Shown here piece by piece: positions 48,658-59,544 of a stretch of 64,000 nt of DNA. Origin of the DNA: a virus; IMG/VR virus record IMGVR_UViG_3300032157_000005, positions 1 through 64,000 of that record; one strand, 5' to 3'. The notes beneath the pieces are model-generated. The model made no database searches and was not told the origin of the DNA. It worked only from the letters and a program-made list of their open reading frames with translations. The translations under genes were made by a program, and so were the position numbers. Positions within the stretch are counted from its first letter, which is position 1. Every line of letters begins with the position of its first letter.

Positions 48658-51600
48658 ATGGCCCTGACCCGAACCGAAATCGAACTGCTGATCAACGCCC
48701 GGAACAATGCCCAGGCGGCGATGACTCAGCTGAACGACCAGGTGACGAAGGTGACCGGTTCGACCCAGCAGGCGAACCAGGAAATGGGCCAGTTCACCCA
48801 GAAGACGAAGGACAGCGGGGTGGCGGCAGGCGCGACCAGCGTGGCGGTCGGCCTGCTGGCCGAACGGATGGCGCGGGGCCTGGTCGGGGCCTTCCAGAAC
48901 AGCATCACCGAAGCCAGCAAACTGGACGCGGGCCTGATCGGCCTGGGGGCGACGGCCAAAGCCTTCGGGACGAACGCGGGGGACGCCCAGAAGGCGGCCC
49001 AGCAGCTGGCATCCGACGGCCTGATGAACGTGGGCGAAGCGGCGGCCGGCCTGAAGAACCTGCTGGCCGGCGGGTTCAACCTACCCCAGGCCATCGAACT
49101 GATGAACCGGTTCAAGGATTCGGCAGCGTTCGGCCGGCAGGGGTCCCTGGAATTCGGCCAGGCCATCGTCGGAGCCACCGAAGGCATCAAGAACGGGAAT
49201 TCGGCCCTGGTGGACAACGCGGGCCTGACGAAGAACCTTTCGAACATCCTGGTGGAAGCCGGGTTCAGTGCCCAGGACCTAAGCAAGGTGCAGTCCGATC
49301 TGAACGTGCGGACAGCCCTGTATAAGGGCATCCTGAAGGAAACGAACCCCCAGCTGGGTCAGACGGCCCTGTATCTGGAAACGGCGGCCGGCAAGCAGGC
49401 CCAGTTCAACAGCCAGGTGACCATCGCCCAGCAGCAGATCGGGAAGGCCCTGCAGCCGGCCCTGGCCGACACCCTGGCGGTCCTGACCCCGTTCGTGCAG
49501 AAGGTCGGGGAATCGGCGGATGTCCTGGTCCCCCTGGGCATGGCGGCGGCGGCCGTGGTGATCCCGATGGCGGCCCTGAAGGCGGCGACGGCCCTGGGGG
49601 TGACCCCGGCCCTGGCCGGCATGGCCCTGGCCACGAAGGAACTGACGGCGATGCTGGCGGCCGGCGGCGGGATCCGGAGCATCGCGGACTTCCGGGCGGG
49701 CATCCAGCTGGCCGGGGAGTCGGCCGGCCTGACGGCCGGGAAGCTGGGGGTGCTGGGGACGGCGGCATCCATCGCGGCGGCGGCCTTCGTCGGGTGGCAG
49801 ATCGGGAAGGTGATCGACCAGCTGACGGGGGCATCGTCGGCGGTGGAGAACCTGACGAACAAGATCACCGGCTGGAAGCGGGCCCTGGACGACCAGACGG
49901 CCGGCGCGAAGCAGGACGTGATCAACCGGGCCCTGGCGAACGGCGCGAAGGCCGGGATCGAATACGGCGCGGCGGTCGAATACAACACCAGGGTGGAAGC
50001 GATCCGGGCGGCCGGGTTCGACAAGTCGGCGGCGGCCCAGCGGGCGCGGATCGATGCCGAACAGGCCCTGGGTCGGATCACGGTCGAAACGGCGAACGCC
50101 CAGCGGGCGGCCCTGGACGCGGAAGCCCAGACGGCAGCGATCCGGGAAAAGCGGCAGAAGTTCACCGACGTGGTGGCGGCCACCGAAAAGAAATTCCGGG
50201 ACGAAATCGCGGCCACCGGCTACACCCAGGCCGAACTGCTGAAGAACCTGAAGGCGAACGAATCCGGGTTCGAAGCCTGGGCGAAGACCGTCCAGCTGTC
50301 CGACGGCACGGTGAAACGGCTGAAGGAAAGCCTAAAGGCCCAGGACGACCAGCAGAAAAAGAACACCGAAACCACCAAAAAGGCGGCCGAAGAACAGAAG
50401 AAACTGACCCAGGAACTGGAAGCCACGGCAGGGGTGATCAGCGGCGAAACCCTGATGGGGAAGCTGGCCGACCTGCAGAAGCTGCTGGACGCGGCCGGGA
50501 AGATCAGCACCCCGGCCCTGGCCACGGCGGTCCGGAACCTGTGGCCTGAATTCGAAAAGCTGGCCCAGCAGGCGAAGGACGCGGGGTTCAGCACCAGCCT
50601 GGTGGATGACATCTTCAAGCGGGCGGCGAAGTCGGCCGGCGTCCTGATCGAAGGGACGCGGGACCTGCGGGGGCTGATGCTGCAGATCCCGAGTGCAGCC
50701 CTGCCGGCGAACCAGGCCCTGATCGCCCAGGCCCAGGCGGCCGAGCAAACGAACCGGGCGTATACGTTCTTCGGGCTGAACACCCCCGAGCAGCTGAAAA
50801 AGGCAGCGAAGGCGGCCCAGGACAACTTCGCCATCCTGTCGGCATCGGGCACGGCCAGCACCCAGGAACTGAAGGTGGCCTACCAGAAGATGATCGACGC
50901 CCAGAAGGCGGCGACCGGCGAACTGCCGACGTTCTGGCAGACCCAGGTATTCCCTGGCATCAAGCGGACCCTGGAAACCCTCAACACGGCGGTGCAGGGG
51001 TCGTTCGCCCAGATGTTACTGGGGGCCAAAGGGTTCGGGGAAGGGTTCGCGGATATCTGGCAGTCGATCAAAAAGTCGGTGCTGAACATTCTGAACGAAA
51101 TCCTGTCGGCCTTCGTGGGGTCGTTCCTGAAGGGTCTGATCGGTGCGATGTCCGGCCAGCAGGGGGCGTTCGGGAAAGCGTTCGGCAGCCTGTTCGGTGC
51201 CGGCGGGATCCCCGGCCTGGGCAGCGTGTTCGGCGGCGGCGCGGCGGCGGCCCTGCCGGGCACGATGATCCCGATCAGCACGGCCGGCCTGGGCGGTGGC
51301 GGCGCGGCCGGCGCGGGCGCGGCGGGGGCCGGCGGCGCGGGAGCCCTGGCGGGCATCCTGGGCGGTGCGGGCGCGGCCGGCGGCGGCCTGCTGCTGGGGA
51401 TGCTGGGTAAAAAGCTGTTCGGCGGCGCGGGCTGGAAGGCGGGCGGGTTCGGGGCCGGCGCGGGGTTCGGGGCCGGCGCGGCCATTGGGTCCGTGGTGCC
51501 GGGCATCGGGACCCTGGTGGGCGGCGGCATCGGGGCCCTGGCCGGGCTGATCGGTGGGCTGATCGGCGGGGGGAACGACACGAAAAAGGCGCGGGACCAG

Positions 51601-52485
51601 TTCGCCCAGCAGCAGTTCGGCCTGCAGGATCAGACGGCCCTGTGGGCGATGCTGCGGGAAAAGCTGGAACCGGCGGTGGCGGACGCCCTGCGGGATCGGG
51701 CCCTGAACAAGATCGGCAAAAAGGACAAGGAAGCGAACGCGGCCTGGATGGCCGACGTGATCACGGCCCTGGAAAAGGCGGCGGCGAAGGAACGGGACCT
51801 GGCGGCGGCGACCCAGGAAAAGGCGGAAGCCGACGAAGCGGCCGTGGCGGCGGCGAAGTCCAGGGTGGAAACGATCAACGCATCCCTGTCCGATCTGGAC
51901 GAACAGGTCCGGAAGCTGAACGAATCCGAAGCCCCCGAGGAAGTCATGGGGGAAGTCGAACGGATCGCACGGGCCCGGATCGACGCGGAACGGAAGGTCC
52001 TGGAAGAACAGAAGCGGGCGGCCGACGAAGCCCTGGCGGCGGCGACGGCGGCGGCCGAAGCGACGGCGGCGGCCTACGAAAAGGCGGCCGAAGCGGCCCA
52101 GGCGGCCTTCAGCGGGATCCGGTTCCCGGACGGCAGCCCTGGAAAGGAATCCCCGGAAACCCCGGAAGGCGCGGCGGCCGGCGGGGTGATGGCCAGCCGG
52201 CCGGGCCTGGTGATCTTCGGGGAAGGCGGGGAAACGGAAGTCGGCGGGCCGGCGTCGTTCTTCCGGCGGATCTTCGAACAGATCGGAGTGGGGAGCGGCG
52301 GCGGCGCGGGCCTGGGCGGCGGGCTGACCATCCAGGTGAACGCCCCGATTACGGCCATGAGCCCGGACGGGGTGACGGACGCGATCCGGAACGTGCTGCT
52401 GCCGGGCATCGTCACGGCGGTCCGGGACAACGTGCGCGGCAGCCGGACGGACTTCCAGGAAATCGTGGGGGCATCGAATGGGTAG
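48658..52485 (+). CDS. Tape measure protein
   Basis: 1275 aa. Helical Ala/Gln/Lys-rich regions and a Gly-rich hydrophobic block (residues about 840-960). Position after the chaperones. Confidence 0.9.
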   Translation: MALTRTEIELLINARNNAQAAMTQLNDQVTKVTGSTQQANQEMGQFTQKTKDSGVAAGATSVAVGLLAERMARGLVGAFQNSITEASKLDAGLIGLGATAKAFGTNAGDAQKAAQQLASDGLMNVGEAAAGLKNLLAGGFNLPQAIELMNRFKDSAAFGRQGSLEFGQAIVGATEGIKNGNSALVDNAGLTKNLSNILVEAGFSAQDLSKVQSDLNVRTALYKGILKETNPQLGQTALYLETAAGKQAQFNSQVTIAQQQIGKALQPALADTLAVLTPFVQKVGESADVLVPLGMAAAAVVIPMAALKAATALGVTPALAGMALATKELTAMLAAGGGIRSIADFRAGIQLAGESAGLTAGKLGVLGTAASIAAAAFVGWQIGKVIDQLTGASSAVENLTNKITGWKRALDDQTAGAKQDVINRALANGAKAGIEYGAAVEYNTRVEAIRAAGFDKSAAAQRARIDAEQALGRITVETANAQRAALDAEAQTAAIREKRQKFTDVVAATEKKFRDEIAATGYTQAELLKNLKANESGFEAWAKTVQLSDGTVKRLKESLKAQDDQQKKNTETTKKAAEEQKKLTQELEATAGVISGETLMGKLADLQKLLDAAGKISTPALATAVRNLWPEFEKLAQQAKDAGFSTSLVDDIFKRAAKSAGVLIEGTRDLRGLMLQIPSAALPANQALIAQAQAAEQTNRAYTFFGLNTPEQLKKAAKAAQDNFAILSASGTASTQELKVAYQKMIDAQKAATGELPTFWQTQVFPGIKRTLETLNTAVQGSFAQMLLGAKGFGEGFADIWQSIKKSVLNILNEILSAFVGSFLKGLIGAMSGQQGAFGKAFGSLFGAGGIPGLGSVFGGGAAAALPGTMIPISTAGLGGGGAAGAGAAGAGGAGALAGILGGAGAAGGGLLLGMLGKKLFGGAGWKAGGFGAGAGFGAGAAIGSVVPGIGTLVGGGIGALAGLIGGLIGGGNDTKKARDQFAQQQFGLQDQTALWAMLREKLEPAVADALRDRALNKIGKKDKEANAAWMADVITALEKAAAKERDLAAATQEKAEADEAAVAAAKSRVETINASLSDLDEQVRKLNESEAPEEVMGEVERIARARIDAERKVLEEQKRAADEALAAATAAAEATAAAYEKAAEAAQAAFSGIRFPDGSPGKESPETPEGAAAGGVMASRPGLVIFGEGGETEVGGPASFFRRIFEQIGVGSGGGAGLGGGLTIQVNAPITAMSPDGVTDAIRNVLLPGIVTAVRDNVRGSRTDFQEIVGASNG

Positions 52486-53284
52486 GGCGATCTACTCGAA
52501 ATACAGCGACTACGTGGGACCGAACGCCACGGTGACCGTGAACACCGGGACCGAAGACCTGACCTACCCGGCGGCGAACCTGGTGAACCGGATCCCGAGC
52601 CTGCCGGCCCAGCTGACCGGCACCAGCGGGTCCTGGGTGCTGGACTTCGGCGCGGCCCAGCGGGTGGACTGGGTAGGCATCCCGCATCACAACCTGGACG
52701 CGGGCCTGTCGGTCCTGATCCAAATGAACGCCACGAACGCCTGGGGCGGCCCGTCCTTCAGCCAGGCGATCACGATCCCGGCCTACCAGCAGGACGGGTT
52801 CAACCCCGGCCCCTGGCTGGACCTGACCGGGCTGGCGGGCTACTCTGCCGGCGGGTTCCGGTTCCTGCGGCTGCTGATCAACGCGGCGAACAGCCAGGCC
52901 GTGAAGATCGGGGAACTGATGGTGGTGTCGAACAAGCGGGTGCTGGAACCGAACATCAACTGGCCGGCGAAGAAACCGGTGCAACGGCCGATCATCGAAA
53001 ACGTGACGGACTACGGGGTCAGCACGATCTACGACCTGGGGGTGACCCGGCGGCGGTGGGGCGGCGACCTGGACACGTCGGACGCCATCGCGGCGACGAT
53101 GCTGGACTGGTGGTTCGGGACGCGGGGCCGAGCCCGGCCCCATGCCTTCGTGCCGGACGAATCGGTGAACGAAGCCTGGCTGGTCCGGTTCGCGGACGAC
53201 CAGGTGGACCTGACCCAGGAAGTCGTAGACCGGAATTCGATCCCCCTGTCGATCCAGGAAGTCAGCCGGGGGCTGTTCCTGTAA
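52478..53284 (+). CDS. Distal tail protein candidate
   Basis: Overlaps the tape measure end. 268 aa. Call based on position. Confidence 0.55.
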   Translation: MGRAIYSKYSDYVGPNATVTVNTGTEDLTYPAANLVNRIPSLPAQLTGTSGSWVLDFGAAQRVDWVGIPHHNLDAGLSVLIQMNATNAWGGPSFSQAITIPAYQQDGFNPGPWLDLTGLAGYSAGGFRFLRLLINAANSQAVKIGELMVVSNKRVLEPNINWPAKKPVQRPIIENVTDYGVSTIYDLGVTRRRWGGDLDTSDAIAATMLDWWFGTRGRARPHAFVPDESVNEAWLVRFADDQVDLTQEVVDRNSIPLSIQEVSRGLFL

Positions 53285-56200
53285 TGCCGTCCGACGTTCG
53301 CACAATCCGCCTGGGTCTGGACTACAAATACAACATCGGATCCGCATGTTCCCCGACGGGAGCGAACAACGTGCATATCAGCACGTTCGGGCCGGTGGTC
53401 ACCTACGTGTCGGCGGTGATATCGTCCGGCACCCCACCCCCAGGCATGGCCCCGGCGGTCTGCGGTGGCGGGTCGTCTACGCTGAACATGAACGGGACGC
53501 CCCAGGCACTGGGCACCTACGTGTTCCAGATCGATGCCACGATGTCGGACAGTTCCCATATCTTCTGGGACTGCACCCACACGGTGGACCTGATCGTCGG
53601 ATGCCCGACCATCGTGCTGCAGCCGATCCCGGCGGACATGCCGGACGGTTACATCGATCAGATTTTCGAACTGCAGTTCAACGGGTCGGCGGGCGTGGCC
53701 CCGTTCGTCTTCGACATCCTGAGCGGCAGTCTGCCCCCTGGCCTGACGTTCACGGCGGCCGGCCTGCTGTCGGGGATCCCGACCACCCTGGGCACCTACA
53801 ACTTCGTGATCCGGCTGATCGATCAGAACGGGTGCACGGCCGTGTCGGCCTACGCGATGGACATCACCGTCGGATCCGAAGTCGATCTGGACGGCGGGGG
53901 CGGCACCGGGGGCCTGACGGGCGAAGACACCCCCCTGGTCTGGGTCGAATTCAGCCTGATCGTCGGGGCCTTCAGCCAGGTCTACCGATGGGCGAAGGTG
54001 GACCTGGCCGACCGGTCCACCTACTTCGGCGGGTTCAAGCAGGCGCGGCTGCTGATGGCCGGGTCGATCCGGCGGGCCCTGTCGGACTGGCGGGGGAACT
54101 ACGAAGCGGCCAGCTGGACGATCACCATGAGCGATGCGGACCGGCTGCTGCGGGGCCTGCTGGCCGGCGCGGACAGCCGTTACATGCTGAACAAGTTCGC
54201 CCTGATGCGGATGATCAGCGATGCCGGCCGGCGGCTGCTGCAGATCCCCAGGATCGTGGCCATCGGTATCCTGCGGGACTACCAGCCGATCAATCCCCTG
54301 CAATTCAGCCTGACCTTCGAAGACTACCTGGCCCTGTTCACCGGCCTGGGCAGCCAGGAAAAGGCGATCCCGAAGCGGCAGATCCCCCTGGCGGACTTCC
54401 CGGACTGCCCGGTGTCGAACCGAAAGCTGCCGGTGCCGGTCTGGTATGGGGACCTGAGCAGCGGGCAGAGTGCCACGGCGGCCCCGGTGATCACGGGCGA
54501 TCCCGACCGGGGGTTCTACACGGACGAAGGCTACTTCGTCGGCGGCTACGGGAACCTGGCATCGGACGTGGACCCGACCACGGTGGTCGTTATCGGGGAA
54601 GGCAGCCCCGGCAGCGGCAGCATGTCGAACGACGTGCCGAACGGGACCTGGGGCGTGATGATCACGGGCGTGGACGCGGATGATCGGGAGTCGGACCCGT
54701 TCCCGTTCTACCATAACCAGCCTGGCGGCGGCGGCCGGGGGTCGTTTCCCCTGGTGGTCCCGACGGTGGCCCTGAGCGACGGCACCCGGAAGATCACGGT
54801 GTCCTGGGACGCCATGACGAACGCGGTGAAGTATCGGGTGTATCTGGGCTGGTATTACTACGGGTTTTCGGTGCAGCAGGCCATCGAAACGGCCAGCCTG
54901 TCCTGCGAATTCACGACGGCCCCGTCCTGGCTGACCCCTTCGACCCCGGCGAATACGACCCCGGCGGCGACGTATCCGATCTGGGGCCAGGGCTGGACCT
55001 ACCGGGTGGCGGCCCTGATGGCCGACGGCATCACGGCCCTGTCGGCCGACTGCACGAACATCAGCATGGGCTACCGGCGACTGCTGCGGGTGCAGTGGCA
55101 GCCGATCAGCGGGGCCCTGGAATACTACGTCTACCGGTATCCCCGGCTACCAGGGGCATCGGCGGATCGGCAGTGGACCATTTCGGCGGCCCAGCTAGAC
55201 GGCAACGGCATCCCCTACTTTGACGACGACCTGCTAGACACCGGAGCCACGATCATCGACGGGGTGGACACCGACACCGGCAACGTGCCGGTGATCTACG
55301 TGGGCACCAGGGTCGATGATTCGGGGTCGGCGGCCGGCACCTGGTTCGCGTTCCTGATCTGCGGCCATGCGATCAAGGAAATCACGGCGGTCTTCCAGGG
55401 CGGTATCCAGGTGGATCCTGGCAACTTCGGGGTGACCTTCGCGGTGCCGGGCCACCCTGGGTTCAGCGGCTACTTCAGCGCGGACCCCGGCGATCCCCAG
55501 TATCGGGACATCAACGGACATCGTTACACCCTGCTGTATGTCCGGGGCCCCCAGGGTGAGCAGGCGAAGGACGGCAGCAAACCGATCACGGTGAACCTGA
55601 AGGGGATCGAAGACGTGGGCGACGGGTCCGGCGACCTGATCACCGATGCCTTCGACGTGCAGCTGCATGCCTATCGAAATTGGATTTTCGGGGACTACCA
55701 GACCGGCGACTGGCCGAGCAGCGGGCCGACCTGGCCGAACAGTAGCCCGGCGGTGCAGGTGATCGATGATGCCAGCTTCGCAGTGGCGAAGGCGGTCTGT
55801 TCGACGCGGATGGCCGGCGGCTACACGGCGGCCTTCGGCATGGGCGTGGACGGCGAATTCCTGCAGGTCCGGGACTGGATCCAGCGGTTCAATCTCTCGT
55901 GTGCCTGCTGGTCCGGGTTCAGCCGGAAGTCTCAGTGGATGGTGCGGGTGATGGACGACAGCCTGGCCCCCCTGGACGCGGCCGAGCGGTTTACCGACGT
56001 GCGCGACGTGTTCGGGGCCCCGGATGTCCACGACAGCCCGAACGACCTGGAAAACGTGGTGGTGTATTCGCACACCCGGAAGTGGGCCCTGAAGACCTGG
56101 GGCGGCATCGACCAGGAAACCCCGACGGCGGCCCAGCAGCCGACCGATCCCAGTATCGTGAAAAGCGGCCAGACGAAAAAGTCCCGAACTATCGAAATGT

Positions 56201-56604
56201 GGCTGGTCCGGAACGCGACGATGGCCGGCGACGTAGCCCAGCGGCGGCGGCTGCTGACGAAGGAACCCCCCCGCACGGTGGTGTTCACGGTCGGCCTGCG
56301 GGGCATGCAGGTCGAACTGGGCGACGTGGTGAAGCTGACCACGGCCCAGGGCATCGGGTCCAGCGGCTGGGAAGACCGGGCGATCTTCATCACCCGGCAC
56401 GAACTGAACCCGGACCGGCTGACGGTGCGGCTGGAAGGCATCGACGTGGGGCGGATCTTCGCGGGGGCCTTCATCCTGGGCGACGAAAGCAGCCTGCCGG
56501 CGACCTGGACCAGTGCATCGACGGCCCAGAAACGCTACGGCTACCTGGGCGACGAAACCACGGAAGAATTCAGCGACGGGGTGGCGGCGAAGCGGCTACG
56601 GTAA
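53284..56604 (+). CDS. Tail hub/host-specificity-type protein with an Ig-like (He_PIG-type) domain
   Basis: TAATG overlap at Met77 of ORF 53056..56604. FDILSGSLPPGLTFTAAGLLSGIPTTLGTYNFVIRLIDQNG is Ig-like. A large J-like central and C-terminal body follows. Confidence 0.7.
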   Translation: MPSDVRTIRLGLDYKYNIGSACSPTGANNVHISTFGPVVTYVSAVISSGTPPPGMAPAVCGGGSSTLNMNGTPQALGTYVFQIDATMSDSSHIFWDCTHTVDLIVGCPTIVLQPIPADMPDGYIDQIFELQFNGSAGVAPFVFDILSGSLPPGLTFTAAGLLSGIPTTLGTYNFVIRLIDQNGCTAVSAYAMDITVGSEVDLDGGGGTGGLTGEDTPLVWVEFSLIVGAFSQVYRWAKVDLADRSTYFGGFKQARLLMAGSIRRALSDWRGNYEAASWTITMSDADRLLRGLLAGADSRYMLNKFALMRMISDAGRRLLQIPRIVAIGILRDYQPINPLQFSLTFEDYLALFTGLGSQEKAIPKRQIPLADFPDCPVSNRKLPVPVWYGDLSSGQSATAAPVITGDPDRGFYTDEGYFVGGYGNLASDVDPTTVVVIGEGSPGSGSMSNDVPNGTWGVMITGVDADDRESDPFPFYHNQPGGGGRGSFPLVVPTVALSDGTRKITVSWDAMTNAVKYRVYLGWYYYGFSVQQAIETASLSCEFTTAPSWLTPSTPANTTPAATYPIWGQGWTYRVAALMADGITALSADCTNISMGYRRLLRVQWQPISGALEYYVYRYPRLPGASADRQWTISAAQLDGNGIPYFDDDLLDTGATIIDGVDTDTGNVPVIYVGTRVDDSGSAAGTWFAFLICGHAIKEITAVFQGGIQVDPGNFGVTFAVPGHPGFSGYFSADPGDPQYRDINGHRYTLLYVRGPQGEQAKDGSKPITVNLKGIEDVGDGSGDLITDAFDVQLHAYRNWIFGDYQTGDWPSSGPTWPNSSPAVQVIDDASFAVAKAVCSTRMAGGYTAAFGMGVDGEFLQVRDWIQRFNLSCACWSGFSRKSQWMVRVMDDSLAPLDAAERFTDVRDVFGAPDVHDSPNDLENVVVYSHTRKWALKTWGGIDQETPTAAQQPTDPSIVKSGQTKKSRTIEMWLVRNATMAGDVAQRRRLLTKEPPRTVVFTVGLRGMQVELGDVVKLTTAQGIGSSGWEDRAIFITRHELNPDRLTVRLEGIDVGRIFAGAFILGDESSLPATWTSASTAQKRYGYLGDETTEEFSDGVAAKRLR

Positions 56605-56670
56605 ACCGACGGCGCGGGCAGATCCGCCTGAACCGTCTTATGGGGTAAGACCTTCACGATGGGCGACTAG

Positions 56671-57150
56671 ATGGCCTGGAACACTATAGTGGCGGCGGTC
56701 CTGGACGACGTGTTCGGGTATCAGGGGTTCAACAAGTTCCGTGAGAACCTGATCGCCCTGTCCAGTCGAAAGGCGATCCATCACCTGGGCGGCAGCCGGA
56801 CGGTCAGCCTGCCCCAGGTGGCGAGTGCCCAGGACGCCATCGACTACCACGACATCGAACTGGACGGCGGCAACCTGGGCGGGTTCACGAAGCAGCTGCG
56901 GGTCGAATGCCGGGCCGGGGCGGGGACGGCGGTGACTCCGAAGCTGCGGAACGTGACCGACAGCACGGACGCGGGCACGGGGGCCAGCTGCACGGGGACG
57001 GCGGCCGACTACACGGGAACGAACCAGAAGCAAACGATCACGGTGACCCTGGCGGCCGGCGTCAAAAAGTATCGGCTGATGGGGACCCCGGCGAATACCA
57101 CGGACCCGACGTTCGTGATCGGGCACCTGGAAGTCTTCACCACGTCGTAG
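56671..57150 (+). CDS. Hypothetical tail-associated protein
   Basis: 159 aa, beta-rich. Confidence 0.6.
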   Translation: MAWNTIVAAVLDDVFGYQGFNKFRENLIALSSRKAIHHLGGSRTVSLPQVASAQDAIDYHDIELDGGNLGGFTKQLRVECRAGAGTAVTPKLRNVTDSTDAGTGASCTGTAADYTGTNQKQTITVTLAAGVKKYRLMGTPANTTDPTFVIGHLEVFTTS

Positions 57151-57171
57151 ACAGCGAAAGGGAAGCGGGAC

Positions 57172-58407
57172 ATGGAACAGCGACGGCGCGGCAGCTGGTG
57201 GGCGAATCTACGGCTGTGGAAGCCGGGCCCGGCGGCGATCATCCTGATGGCCCTGGTGTTCATGGCCCAGGTCGGGTTCTATTCGAAGATCCGCCTGAAC
57301 CAAGCCTGCACGATCCAGACGGGCAGCGGCACCCCCGAAGGGACGGTGACCGGGGCGGTCTGCGATCTGTATCTGCGGACGAACGGCGGCACCGGGACGA
57401 CCCTTTACGTGAAGGAATCCGGCAGCGGGAACACGGGCTGGGCCCCGGCCGGGTCCGGGACCGGCAGCGGCACCGTGGTCCGGAAGACGGCGGACGAATC
57501 GGTCACCAGCAGCACCACCCTGCAGAACGACGACCACCTGACCGTGGCGATAGGGGCCAGCCAGGTGATGGCGATCCGTTACATCCTGTTCGTGGATGCC
57601 GGCGCGACGGGGGACCTGAAGCTGGGGCTGTCGGTGCCGGCATCGGGCACCTACCGGTGCGGCGCGGGCCACGTGTCGAACAACGTGTCCAGTTCGTTCG
57701 CGGTCCAGGCGACCAGCACCACGTCGGTCAGTGTCGGCGGCCTGGGGGCGGGGACGATCTACGAATACGTGCTGGACTGCACGGTGGTGAATTCGACCAC
57801 GCCAGGGAACGTGGTGCTGCAGTTCGCCCAGGATGTCAGCGACGGGACGGCCACCACCCTGAAGACGAACAGCGTGGCGATGGCCGGCAGCCCGAGCGGC
57901 GGCGGCGGGACCACCTACAGTGCCGGCGACGGCATCAGCCTGGCCGGCGACGTGATCAACCTGGTCCTGGACGGGGCCAGCCTGACGAAAAGCGGCAGCG
58001 GGCTGAAGGTCACGAATCCGTTCGTGTCCCCGAGTGCCCAGAACGTCAACACCAGCGAAACCCAGGCATCGAATACCGCCTATGGCGACCTGGCCACGTC
58101 GGGCCCGGCGGTAACCCTGACCACCGGCACGTCGGCGGTGGTAGCGATCAGCAGCGGCGCGATCAAGGGGTCGGGCGGCAATTCGGCGTTCGTGGCGGTG
58201 GACGTATCGGGGGCCACGACTATCGCGGCGGCGGACGGGAACGGGGTGGTGATATCCGAATACGCGGCCAGCCACAACCTGAGCATGGCCAGGACCTTTG
58301 TGATCACTGGCCTGAACGCGGGGTCGAATACCTTCACCCTGAAGTATAAAAACGACGGCGGCGGCACCTGGACGTTCTTCAACCGGTCCATCGTGGTGTG
58401 GCCATGA
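57172..58407 (+). CDS. Fibre-like protein with an N-terminal hydrophobic segment
   Basis: GAAAGGGAAGCGGGAC upstream. Gly/Ser/Thr-rich, 411 aa. Confidence 0.6.
   Translation: MEQRRRGSWWANLRLWKPGPAAIILMALVFMAQVGFYSKIRLNQACTIQTGSGTPEGTVTGAVCDLYLRTNGGTGTTLYVKESGSGNTGWAPAGSGTGSGTVVRKTADESVTSSTTLQNDDHLTVAIGASQVMAIRYILFVDAGATGDLKLGLSVPASGTYRCGAGHVSNNVSSSFAVQATSTTSVSVGGLGAGTIYEYVLDCTVVNSTTPGNVVLQFAQDVSDGTATTLKTNSVAMAGSPSGGGGTTYSAGDGISLAGDVINLVLDGASLTKSGSGLKVTNPFVSPSAQNVNTSETQASNTAYGDLATSGPAVTLTTGTSAVVAISSGAIKGSGGNSAFVAVDVSGATTIAAADGNGVVISEYAASHNLSMARTFVITGLNAGSNTFTLKYKNDGGGTWTFFNRSIVVWP
57201..57216 (+). repeat. Copy C of the 16-nt element GGCGAATCTACGGCTG
   Basis: Exact match. CGGCGCGGCAG at 57184-57194. 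Confidence 0.9.
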
Positions 58408-58820
58408 TCCGGGCCGGCTACGATCTGCTGCGGGCGGCGGTGGCAGCGGCGGCCCTGCTGGCAGCCCCGTCCGTGAATTCACTACTGGTGCCGGTGCCGG
58501 CGGCCCAGGCGACAGCGACCAGCGAATCCCAGGGGGGAACGATGCCCAGCGTGGACCCGAACCAGATCACCCTGATGCAGTGGGCGGCGAAGGAAGCCCC
58601 GGCCTACGTGGTGATCCTGGTGATCCTGTTCTTCTACCGGCGCGACTGGAAGACAGCCGTGGACTTCTGGCGGGACCAGCATACGATCACCACGAAGATG
58701 GTCCAGGAAAACACCGTGGCCCAGACGGAAACGGCGGCAGCCCTGCGGGAGAACACAACCGTGGTGCACCAGGCCAAGCACGTGATGGCGAAGTATCTGC
58801 CCGAACGGCGGGACGCATGA
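58404..58820 (+). CDS. Membrane protein (holin candidate)
   Basis: ATGA overlap at 58404. Hydrophobic APAYVVILVILFFY, then a charged helical tail. Directly upstream of the hydrolase gene. Confidence 0.45.
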   Translation: MIRAGYDLLRAAVAAAALLAAPSVNSLLVPVPAAQATATSESQGGTMPSVDPNQITLMQWAAKEAPAYVVILVILFFYRRDWKTAVDFWRDQHTITTKMVQENTVAQTETAAALRENTTVVHQAKHVMAKYLPERRDA

Positions 58821-59332
58821 CCCCCCTGGATCGGCTGAAGGAAGCCCTGCCCGAATCGGACATCCTGGCCCTGACGGCCTGGGCGGAAGCCAGGGGCGAC
58901 TGGAACCAGGGAAACAGCAGCGTGGAAGAACGGATCGCGGTGATGTCCGTGATCCGGAACCGGGTGGCCAGTCCGGCCTGGTGGGGGCGGTCCTACCGGG
59001 ACGTGTGCCTGAAGCGGGCCCAGTTCAGCTGCTGGCTGGACAATCCGGCGGACGCGAACCACGTGGCCCTGGTGGCCCTGGCCCGGCTGGTGGTGAACGG
59101 GCCGAGCGGCGATCCCGTCTACGACGAAACCCGGTTCCTGGCCGACGGGATCCGGCGGTCCCTGATCCTGGACCGGACGAAGGGGGCGGATCACTACTAC
59201 GCCCCGAAGGCGATGGTGCCCAAGGGGTCCGCCCCGAAGTGGGCGAAGACCCCGGCCGGCGTCGTCATTCCGCCCCTGGTGATCGTGGGCGACCAGCATT
59301 TCTACAACCTGGGGGCTGACGGCATAATCTGA
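58817..59332 (+). CDS. SleB/CwlJ-type cell-wall hydrolase (endolysin candidate)
   Basis: LALTAWAEARGD..EERIAVMSVIRNRV..VCLKRAQFSCW matches the Hydrolase_2 pattern. Confidence 0.8.
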   Translation: MTPLDRLKEALPESDILALTAWAEARGDWNQGNSSVEERIAVMSVIRNRVASPAWWGRSYRDVCLKRAQFSCWLDNPADANHVALVALARLVVNGPSGDPVYDETRFLADGIRRSLILDRTKGADHYYAPKAMVPKGSAPKWAKTPAGVVIPPLVIVGDQHFYNLGADGII

Positions 59333-59544
59333 TGCCCGAGCCCTGGACGCCAGCCGAATCGGTAGGCTGCCCGTTCTGCGGCGGCCTGCCGGCGGCCAGC
59401 TGCTGCCGGTGCCGGGGCAGCCGGCGGGTGACGTTCACCTGGGACCTGCTGACGAATGCCTGGGACGTGCCGGGCTGCCAGTGCGACACGTGCCGGTCCC
59501 TACGCGGCCGGCGGCAAGCCATCGACCGAAAGGCGGGAACATGA
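59332..59544 (+). CDS. Small DnaJ-type zinc-finger-like protein
   Basis: TGATG overlap. CPFCGG, CCRCRGSRRV and CQCDTC motifs. Confidence 0.5.
   Translation: MPEPWTPAESVGCPFCGGLPAASCCRCRGSRRVTFTWDLLTNAWDVPGCQCDTCRSLRGRRQAIDRKAGT

Noticed and set aside
53346-54683. Alternate-frame + strand ORFs: 119-709 portion, 2106-3401, 9417-10058, 11384-12337, 15735-16559 portion, 36212-37654, 53346-54683, 56907-58349.
   Set aside because: These are Arg/Gly/Pro-rich translations with non-preferred codons. They are fully overlapped by frames that carry clear motifs and preferred codons.
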